A stretch of 32,000 bases of DNA from Thermodesulfobacteriota bacterium (GTDB lineage: Bacteria; Desulfobacterota; Desulfarculia; JACQYL01): NCBI GenBank assembly GCA_963675595.2, contig CAXXLZ010000002.1, positions 3,931,900 through 3,963,899 of the forward strand, written 5' to 3'. Position numbers and translations under genes: made by a program. This document shows, one piece after another, positions 1 to 6,944 of this stretch (position 1 is the stretch's first letter; every line of letters begins with the position of its first letter). Under the pieces are notes generated by a model. It was not told the DNA's origin, ran no database searches, and saw only the letters and a list, made by a program, of their open reading frames with translations.

Positions 1-39
1 CATGTATTGGGCTGCATCATAGGCGAGTTCGGAACGCAC

Positions 40-75
40 CGCTGTAGCACACGCTACATGGAAGCGTTTTTTTTT
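40..75 (+). terminator. candidate intrinsic terminator of a gene lying upstream of the window
   Basis: Interrupted hairpin cgct-gtagc / acac / gctac-(atgga)-agcg at 40-66, followed directly by T9 (67-75) and then G6. The stem is short and bulged, so support is weak. Confidence 0.3.
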
Positions 76-308
76 GGGGGGATGGAGGAAACCGGCCGCC
101 CCGAGGCATAACCATCGGAATTTCGGTGCGGAGAGGGACCTGAGAGGACCTTTCTTGACACGCATCCAACACAAAGAGAAGATAAGAGGGCCTTGTCGCG
201 GGTCTTTCCCCGCGTTTATGTTGCTAGGATTCTCATGCACCTCCCGGTCTTGAACCGGGCCGCCGGTTAATGCTCGAAAAAGCGGAAGGGATTGTCGGGG
301 AAGGGGTT

Positions 309-2528
309 ATGCGTCGGATTCAGCCACTACGAGTCGTCTTGCTCCTGCTGTGGGTCCTGTTTTTGCAGGCCGTTCCGCTCCCGCCTCCAGCCGGGGCCGT
401 GGAGGAATACGCTTTGGCCACGGGCAAGGCCTGCATTTTCTGCCACGTGGAATCCACCGGGGGCGACCTGAAAACCATGGGTTTCGCCTACATCCGCAAC
501 GGGTACCGCTACCCCGTCCCTGAACGGATTTTCAAGAAGGTGGCGTCGTTCCGGGACCCGGTGCACAAAGCCGTCCGCTTTGGGGTGGGTTACCTCCATT
601 TGCTGGCCGCCGTGGTGTTTTTCGGAGCCATCTTCTATATCCACATCTTCGTGAGGCCGAAACGATTCCGAGGGGGCATTCCCAGGAACGAGAGAATCCT
701 TGGAGTCTCCTGCATGGCGATGTTGGCCGGTACCGGCGCCTACCTCACGTGGTTGCGTATCGAGCGTTGGGAGCAGTTCTTCGACAATACCTTCGGTCTG
801 ATGCTGTTCTGCAAGATCATCCTATTTGTCGTTATGGTCCTGGTGGGACTTACGGCCGCCACCGCGGTGAATCACCTCATGAAGAAAGAGGCGAGGGAAG
901 CGTCCGATTCCCAAAACAAAGCCTCGGGCTCCGATCTTTCCGGTTTCGACGGATTGGAGGGCCGGCCCGCCTATATCGCCTACCAGGGGAAAGTCTACGA
1001 CGTTACCGAGAGCCTCAAGTGGAAGGACGGAAAACATTTCGGCAAGCATGCGGCCGGCGGGGATCTGACCGAAGCCCTGAAAGGAGCGCCTCATGGGCCG
1101 GAGGTCCTCGAACGGATGAAGGCGGTGTCCGGCATGGAGCCGGATACGGCGAAGAAGGTTCCCTCCAGTCCCGCCCATTCCGTTTTCGTCTGGATGGCTT
1201 ATGTCAACCTGATCATCGTATTCCTGATTCTCGCCTGCATCAGTGTGTGGCGTTGGGGGTTTCCCATTCGCTTGGTTCCCGAGCAACGGAAAGCGGCCGT
1301 CGTGGCGGCCGGTTGCATTGCGTGCCACGAGAAAAGAAACCCGGGTTTGGTGAGCGACTGGAGAAACGGGGTGCACGCACGCGTCGGCGTGGACTGCTAC
1401 AAGTGTCACAAGGCAGGGGCGGATTCGAGCGAGTCGGCCAACGGGGCCCATTTCGAGCATGACCCGAATCCCGTTTCCGTGGTGGTCGGTCCGAAGACGT
1501 GCTCAGGATGTCACCCCAAACAGGTTGCGCAGTATGCTTTGAGCAAACACGCGCGTACACGGGAAATCATGTGGAAAGTGGATCCGTGGATCAAGGACGG
1601 AATGAACAACGAGATCGAAAGGATCACGGGTTGCTTTGCCTGCCACGGCACCGAGGTGACCCTTGCCGACGGCAAACCTTTTCCGGGCACCTGGCCCAAC
1701 GTGGGAGTGGGAAGAGAGAATCCGGACGGGACCCGTGGAAGTTGTTCGAGCTGTCACACTCGCCACAGATTCTCCGTGGAGGAGGCGCGCAAGCCCGAGT
1801 CCTGCGGTCAGTGCCACCTCGGCCCGGATCATCCTCAGATCGAGATCTACAACGAATCCAAACACGGCGCCGTCTATCATACGGAGGGTGCGCAATGGAG
1901 TTGGAGAGGAGAGGACGGCCAATGGCTGGCGGGACGTGATTATCGGGCGCCCACGTGCGCCGCATGCCACATGTCGGGTTCCCGGACGGCGGAGGCAAGC
2001 CATGACGTAACCGGTCGACTCTCCTGGGAGCTGCAGACCGCCCTGACCGTGCGGCCTTCCGATTTCGAACCGCTACCCTCATCGGTGGGATGGAAAGACG
2101 CGCGAGCCGCCATGCAGTCCGTGTGTTTTCAGTGTCATTCGAAGACGTGGACCGAGCACCACTTCTCGAATCTGGACGCGGTTGTGGACAACTACGACCG
2201 CAACTACTTCGCCCCGGCCCGCGAGCGAATCGCCCGATTGTATTCTCAAGGGAAGCTTTCCGGAACGTTGTATTTCGACGAACCTCTTGAATGGGATTAC
2301 TACGAACTTTGGCATCATGAGGGGCGCAGGGCCCGCATGGGAGCGGCCATGATGGCCCCGGACTATGCCTGGTGGCACGGCTTTTACGAAGTGAAACATC
2401 GTTTTTTGAATCTCATGAGGCATGCGGACCACATCGGAGATACGGGGGCGGAGACGCGATTTCCGCTCTTTCCGGGGCGACATGAATCGGTGAGGCCCCG
2501 GACTTTGGAGGAGGATTTACCGGAATAG
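309..2528 (+). CDS. membrane-anchored multihaem cytochrome c: N-terminal monohaem c + polytopic membrane module + cytochrome b5-like haem/steroid-binding domain + octahaem HAO (hydroxylamine oxidoreductase)-family domain
   Basis: ORF 270..2528. I prefer the ATG at 309 (MRRIQPLRVVLLLLWVLFLQAV.., signal-peptide-like, purine-rich ggggaagggg just upstream). There are nine CxxCH motifs: CIFCH (aa 55 of the 752-aa ORF), then CIACH, CYKCH, CSGCH, CFACH, CSSCH, CGQCH, CAACH and CFQCH between aa 349 and 623. The C-terminal WHHEGRRARMGAAMMAPDYAWWHGFYE block is typical of the HAO family. AYQGKVYDVTESLKWKDGKHFGKHAAGGDLTEAL matches the cyt-b5-like domain. Four hydrophobic helices lie at about aa 104-128, 143-162, 175-199 and 303-327. 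Confidence 0.85.
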   Translation: MRRIQPLRVVLLLLWVLFLQAVPLPPPAGAVEEYALATGKACIFCHVESTGGDLKTMGFAYIRNGYRYPVPERIFKKVASFRDPVHKAVRFGVGYLHLLAAVVFFGAIFYIHIFVRPKRFRGGIPRNERILGVSCMAMLAGTGAYLTWLRIERWEQFFDNTFGLMLFCKIILFVVMVLVGLTAATAVNHLMKKEAREASDSQNKASGSDLSGFDGLEGRPAYIAYQGKVYDVTESLKWKDGKHFGKHAAGGDLTEALKGAPHGPEVLERMKAVSGMEPDTAKKVPSSPAHSVFVWMAYVNLIIVFLILACISVWRWGFPIRLVPEQRKAAVVAAGCIACHEKRNPGLVSDWRNGVHARVGVDCYKCHKAGADSSESANGAHFEHDPNPVSVVVGPKTCSGCHPKQVAQYALSKHARTREIMWKVDPWIKDGMNNEIERITGCFACHGTEVTLADGKPFPGTWPNVGVGRENPDGTRGSCSSCHTRHRFSVEEARKPESCGQCHLGPDHPQIEIYNESKHGAVYHTEGAQWSWRGEDGQWLAGRDYRAPTCAACHMSGSRTAEASHDVTGRLSWELQTALTVRPSDFEPLPSSVGWKDARAAMQSVCFQCHSKTWTEHHFSNLDAVVDNYDRNYFAPARERIARLYSQGKLSGTLYFDEPLEWDYYELWHHEGRRARMGAAMMAPDYAWWHGFYEVKHRFLNLMRHADHIGDTGAETRFPLFPGRHESVRPRTLEEDLPE

Positions 2529-2564
2529 GTCGGGTGCCCCTTTTTCCGGCGAGGAGACGTATCT

Positions 2565-3101
2565 GTGTCCGGAACCGGATATGGAGAGCTTTTCGTCGGG
2601 TTTTGGAGGGTGAAATTTGCCGATTCACCGATACGGATCGTATGGTTTTCACCGATGACTCCTTTTTTCTATTTTCAAGATGACGTGACGGTTTCCGGGA
2701 ATTGCCTGGGATGCGGAAAGTGCTGCCGGAATCTGGTTCTGGTTCACCGCGGGAAGCCCGTGCGACTGGAGGCCGAATTCGAGGCGCTCAAGAAGACGAA
2801 TCCGTTCTACGAGAACATGGAGCCCGTCGGCCGATCGAGAGAGGATGCTCTCCTATATTTTTGGTGTCGGCTGCTCCGTGAAGACAACAGCTGCGGAGAT
2901 TATGAACGTCGGCCGGCCATGTGCAGAAGTTATCCGGATCCCAAGGTCTTCCGATTGGGGGGGAGGTTGTTGTCCGGCTGCGGATACCGGGTTTCTCCCC
3001 GGAAGGACTTCGCGCGGGTTCTGGAGGAATCGCTGAACCGGAGTCCGACCATGTGGGGCCGATTACTCAATTATCTCAAAGGAACGCTGAATTCCCCATG
3101 A
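2565..3101 (+). CDS. YkgJ/UPF0153-family cysteine-cluster (CxxCxxCC) putative Zn/Fe-binding protein
   Basis: Motif CLGCGKCCRN followed by a distal C..C / CRSYP region, typical of PF03692-type proteins. GTG start at 2565 with GAGGAG 8 nt upstream; the ATG at 2655 is an alternative start. The stop overlaps the next gene start (ATGA at 3098-3101). Confidence 0.65.
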   Translation: MSGTGYGELFVGFWRVKFADSPIRIVWFSPMTPFFYFQDDVTVSGNCLGCGKCCRNLVLVHRGKPVRLEAEFEALKKTNPFYENMEPVGRSREDALLYFWCRLLREDNSCGDYERRPAMCRSYPDPKVFRLGGRLLSGCGYRVSPRKDFARVLEESLNRSPTMWGRLLNYLKGTLNSP

Positions 3102-4072
3102 TCGAGCTTCCCTGGATCAAACGCGCTTCCAAAGCCGAGCTCCATCTGCATCTTGAAGGAAGCATTCCTCTGGAAATCCTGCGAAGCGCGGCAAACCGTA
3201 AGGGCCTTCCTTCCGTGCCCCGGAACTTTTACGCTTTCCGGGATTTCCATGAATTCGACACGATTTTTTCCCGCTTGCCCGGCCTTCTCTACGAGGAGGA
3301 GGATTTTTACCTGATTGGTTTGGCCCTCGCTTCAAGACAGGCTGCGGACGGTGTGGCGTATACCGAAACGTTCACCATGCCGGTGGCCTGGGAGAAGGCG
3401 GGCATACCGCTGAAGGCGGTGCTCGGCGGCGTGGATGCCGGCCTCAAGGAAGGGGAACGCATCCACGGAGTCTGCGTGCGCCTGATCTACTCGATTCCGA
3501 GGCTTTGGGGTGAAGGGCCCGGCTTGCGAACCCTGGAAATCATTCGGGAATTTCCCCTCGACCGTGTGGTGGGAGTGGATCTGACGGGGCCGGAACACCC
3601 GGGTACCGTGGCGCCCTTTCGGCGGATTTTTCGGCAGGCACGGTCCATGGGGCTGCAGACCGTGGCTCATGCCGGCGAGTTTTCTTCGCCGAAACAGGTG
3701 TGGGAGACCTTGAGGCTGCTCAAACCCCGGCGCATCGGTCATGGAATCTGCTCCGCGGAGGACGAATCCTTGATGGAACATTTGGCGCGGGAGGATGTGC
3801 CTCTGGAGATTTCCCTGGGAAGCAACGTGCTCTTGGGCGCCGTACCCGCCCTGGAGGATCATCCGGTGAGGAATCTGTTCGAGCACGGCGTACCGATCGT
3901 GATCAACACGGACGATCCGGCCTTCTTCGGCGTTTCGCTCACTGGGGAGCTTTCGCGTCTGGTGACGAACCTGGGATTTGTTCGAGAAGAAGTGGAAGGA
4001 TTGATGGAGAACGGATTCCGGTATGCTTTCTCGAAAAACGCACAAGGATTTTGCGCTCCGAGGACTTGCTGA
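3098..4072 (+). CDS. add: adenosine deaminase family protein
   Basis: KAELHLHLEGSIPLE (HxHxxG metal motif), HAGE, and a C-terminal VINTDDPAFFG motif, all hallmarks of the adenosine/AMP deaminase fold. About 324 aa from the ATG at 3098. The longer ORF from 2921 only adds a low-complexity overlap with the upstream gene. Confidence 0.9.
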   Translation: MIELPWIKRASKAELHLHLEGSIPLEILRSAANRKGLPSVPRNFYAFRDFHEFDTIFSRLPGLLYEEEDFYLIGLALASRQAADGVAYTETFTMPVAWEKAGIPLKAVLGGVDAGLKEGERIHGVCVRLIYSIPRLWGEGPGLRTLEIIREFPLDRVVGVDLTGPEHPGTVAPFRRIFRQARSMGLQTVAHAGEFSSPKQVWETLRLLKPRRIGHGICSAEDESLMEHLAREDVPLEISLGSNVLLGAVPALEDHPVRNLFEHGVPIVINTDDPAFFGVSLTGELSRLVTNLGFVREEVEGLMENGFRYAFSKNAQGFCAPRTC

Positions 4073-4432
4073 ATCGGGCTCGCCGACCTGTCGGGAAGCG
4101 CCTCAAAAGTGGCTGAATGTCCCTGTAGTGAGAAAGTCTTTTCTTGTACCTCATGGATGAATCGTTTCTTTTCCCGCCTTAAAATGACGGGTACTACCTA
4201 TTGATATCCTTTTCAAATCAGGCGAAAATAGATCATTTGGGTGGAATTTTCGGTGATGACGGCCTTGGGTCGGCCTTCGGCGTGCTCCGTCCATGATCAT
4301 GAAATGCTCGGGCTCAGACGGCGAGAGTTCCGAGTCACGGGCTGATCCGTATCTTCCGTTCATCGACCATTTCTTCGCGGGCCACTTGCATAACGGTTCC
4401 ACTTTCGCCGGCCGGCGGCGATTCGGGAGCGC

Positions 4433-5575
4433 ATGTACGTCTTTCGGGATTTCAAGAGTTTCGCGCATGCGGAAGCTGATTTGGTACGTCCGCTGACGCT
4501 GATAACGGGGCCCACGGGTTGCGGGAAGACCAACTTGGTGGAAGGTCTGGAGCTCGCCTCTTTCTTGGCGAGAGGAATCTGCTTTGATGACCTTCTCAGG
4601 AGCCGGGGACCCGGCATTCGTGGGGGGATTGCGTGCTGTCCTCGGGGAGAAGGTCACTCTTTCACCATAGGTTACGAGGGCCGGTTTCATTTTTTGGGAT
4701 CGCGGCGACGTTTTCGTTACCGGATTACGCCGGTGTGCGGATCCGGATTGGACATCGCCGAGGAACGACTCGAATTGGAGGACGGCACCCTGTTCTTTCA
4801 AACGTTACCTCAGGAACAGGGTGATTCTGCCGATGAAATGATAGTAAGATGTAATACATTCGGCAAAGACCGTTTCGGTCTCCGGATTTCCGTTTGCCGG
4901 AACCGCTCCTTCCTATCCCGGTTTCCGCATTGTCGTTTTGAAGTGAAACCTCATCCCGACTGCTACTCGGTGGTGGACGGCTTGCTCCGAAAGTTTTTGC
5001 CGGTGTACCGGTTTGATCCACAACCTCACTCCATGAGGGAGTACGTGCGTATCGGGGATCGATCACTAAATTTGGACGGATCGAACCTTGCCTCGCTGCT
5101 GTTTTCCATGAGTCGAGATACGCAAGAGAAACAGGACGCCGTTCGGAGGATTTTCCGGAATGCCAATGAGCTCCTGGGCGAAATCTACGAGACTTTGGAC
5201 TTCGTTGCGACTCCCCTGAAGGATGTCCTGTTCATGGTGTACGAGAAGTATGGAGAGTCTTGGTTGGACATGCGCCTTCTTTCCGACGGGACGCTTCGAA
5301 TTTTGGCTCTCTTGGCCTCTCTCGAAACCGTTCCGCCGGGCGCTTGCCTGGTGTGGGACGCCTTTGATCGCTTCTTGCCCGTGGATGTGGCCGTTTCTCT
5401 TCTGGATCGGGCAAGGGGAGTCGCGGCGGACCGTTCGATCGGGATCGTTGCCACAACGGGCCGCGAGGAGACGGCAGATGAGATTGTCGGTCGGTCGGGG
5501 TTTCACGTGCTGTCCTGCAGACGTGGGAGCCAAGGAATGAGTGAGCTTAAGGACCGGAAGAGGGAAGGTCCTTGA
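4433..5575 (+). CDS. ABC/SMC-type (AAA_21 / COG4637-like) ATP-binding protein with degenerate Walker B and H-loop
   Basis: N-terminus FRDFKSF...LTLITGPTGCGKTNLVEGL (Walker A). LDGSNLASLL and LLSDGTLRILALLASL are the family signature blocks. Where this family normally carries EEPE..LHP and THSP, the sequence reads VWDAFDRFLPVD and VATTGRE. Confidence 0.8.
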   Translation: MYVFRDFKSFAHAEADLVRPLTLITGPTGCGKTNLVEGLELASFLARGICFDDLLRSRGPGIRGGIACCPRGEGHSFTIGYEGRFHFLGSRRRFRYRITPVCGSGLDIAEERLELEDGTLFFQTLPQEQGDSADEMIVRCNTFGKDRFGLRISVCRNRSFLSRFPHCRFEVKPHPDCYSVVDGLLRKFLPVYRFDPQPHSMREYVRIGDRSLNLDGSNLASLLFSMSRDTQEKQDAVRRIFRNANELLGEIYETLDFVATPLKDVLFMVYEKYGESWLDMRLLSDGTLRILALLASLETVPPGACLVWDAFDRFLPVDVAVSLLDRARGVAADRSIGIVATTGREETADEIVGRSGFHVLSCRRGSQGMSELKDRKREGP

Positions 5576-5630
5576 TTTCCGTACCTTGATTTTCGTGTTT
5601 TTGGCACCGCCGGATTCGAGGAGGAAGTTC

Positions 5631-6704
5631 ATGGAGAGACTGCCCATCGAGGAACTTCAGCCGGGCATGTACGTCAATGGAGTGGACGGCCTTCCCGGTC
5701 TGGTGGTGCGGCCTGGAAAGGTCGACAAGAACGACATCGAACGTCTTTGCTCAAAGGGAGTGCGGACCGTCTACGTGGTCCGATCCTACGAAGTGGACCT
5801 GGAATCCTTTTCGGACGAGATCAAGGCGTCCGGGAAGGCCATGAACAAGGTGAAAGCGGCGTTTTCAGGAGTGGCCCACACCTTGAAGATCAATAATCAT
5901 GTGCCCATGGAAAAGGTCGGCGAAATGTGCGATCTCCTTCTGGACGAGGTGGAGACGCGCTCCGAAATTGTCCTGAACACCTTACGCCTCAGAGACAAAG
6001 ACAACTACACGTATGAGCATTCCGTTCGGGTGGGGGTTTATTCCATCATTATGGCCAGGATCCTGGGCATGAATCGAGCCGAACAGGCGGATTTCGGCAC
6101 GGCGGGATTGCTCCACGACATCGGCAAGCTCGTGATCCCCAAGAGGCTGATTAAGAAGAAAGGGAGTCTTTCCCCACAAGAGTTCGAGGTCATGCGGTTG
6201 CACCCCGCAGCCGCTGAAGAACTCCTGTCCCGTACACCGCACATCACCAAGAAGATCGTGGACGGGGTGGCGCAACACCATGAAAGAATGGACGGCAACG
6301 GCTATCCCAAAGGGCTGCGGGGAGACCGAATCAGCCTCTTGGGCAAGTGCCTCGGAATCGTGGATACCTACGACGCCATGACCAGCGACCGGCCGTACCG
6401 CAGAGCCAAGACATCCTGGTCGGCCTTTTCGGAAATGCGGACGCACTATCTCCACGCTTACGACCCGGAACTTATGGACCGGTTCATCAAAGAAGTGGGC
6501 ATCTTCGCGCCGGGTACCTACGTCAAACTGGCGGACGGACAAAGCGCCACCGTGGTGGGCAATAACCGGAACGCCCTGCTCAAGCCCTGGGTCATCACCT
6601 ACGGCGTCGACTACAACCCGGACAGCATCGTCAACTTGGCCGAAACGGAGGTCAAAATCGAGGAGGTGCTTCAGCCGGAACAGCTGATTCCCGGCCTCTG
6701 CTGA
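5631..6704 (+). CDS. HD-GYP domain cyclic-di-GMP phosphodiesterase (DUF3391-like N-terminal domain)
   Basis: HSVRV, LLHDIGKLVIP, HHERMDGNGYPKGL and DTYDAMTSDRPYR motifs. N-terminus MERLPIEELQPGMYV is typical of DUF3391-HD-GYP proteins. ATG at 5631 is preceded by GAGGAGGAAG. The ORF-track start at 5541 overlaps the previous gene and lacks an RBS. Confidence 0.9.
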   Translation: MERLPIEELQPGMYVNGVDGLPGLVVRPGKVDKNDIERLCSKGVRTVYVVRSYEVDLESFSDEIKASGKAMNKVKAAFSGVAHTLKINNHVPMEKVGEMCDLLLDEVETRSEIVLNTLRLRDKDNYTYEHSVRVGVYSIIMARILGMNRAEQADFGTAGLLHDIGKLVIPKRLIKKKGSLSPQEFEVMRLHPAAAEELLSRTPHITKKIVDGVAQHHERMDGNGYPKGLRGDRISLLGKCLGIVDTYDAMTSDRPYRRAKTSWSAFSEMRTHYLHAYDPELMDRFIKEVGIFAPGTYVKLADGQSATVVGNNRNALLKPWVITYGVDYNPDSIVNLAETEVKIEEVLQPEQLIPGLC

Positions 6705-6805
6705 ATCCATCTCGCGAGTCAACGACAGTTCGAGCGCATTCCTCCAGTGCGATATATTCGCAGGGATTCTCTGGAGTTCCCCACGCGATTCCGGCATAAT
6801 ACATT

Positions 6806-6917
6806 CCATCGGTTTTTCTCCGAATAGAGCTTGGCGGAGTTCCTCTAGGCTTCACCGATCCGGCGTGTCGGCCCTCTTTACCGAAGGTTTTAGAGCCCCA
6901 TCGGTTTTTGTCCCGAA
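6806..6917. repeat. direct repeat pair in the leader of the cyclase gene
   Basis: ccatcggtttttctccgaa (6806-6824) and ccatcggtttttgtcccgaa (6898-6917). The first 12 nt are identical, followed by 1 mismatch and 1 indel. The copies are 92 nt apart, and the second ends 27 nt before the ATG at 6945. Confidence 0.6.
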
Positions 6918-6944
6918 ACCCCCACAGCCTCACCCCTGGGAACC

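Noticed and set aside
67-81. T9G6 homopolymer tract as a possible phase-variable switch
   Set aside because: It lies outside any ORF, directly after a small hairpin. The simpler reading is the U-tail of an intrinsic terminator, and there is no evidence of slippage from a single sequence.
2921-3097. N-terminal extension of the adenosine deaminase ORF (383-aa version)
   Set aside because: The extension overlaps the YkgJ-type gene in another frame and is Gly/Pro-rich. The deaminase fold begins right after the ATG at 3098, which overlaps the upstream stop (ATGA).
4151-4801. 216-aa - strand ORF spanning the AT-richer spacer and the ATPase 5' end
   Set aside because: More than half of it is antisense to the well-supported ATPase gene. 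It has no motif and an odd composition (Arg/Pro/Ser-rich). The spacer part alone is too short to support a gene.
3098-5575. Adenosine deaminase next to an ATPase as a RADAR-like (RdrA/RdrB) defence pair
   Set aside because: RADAR uses a very large AAA+ RdrA and a large divergent deaminase, RdrB. Here the deaminase is a compact, canonical 324-aa Add, coupled to the upstream gene instead. The ATPase is a different (ABC/SMC-type) class and is separated by a 360-nt gap.
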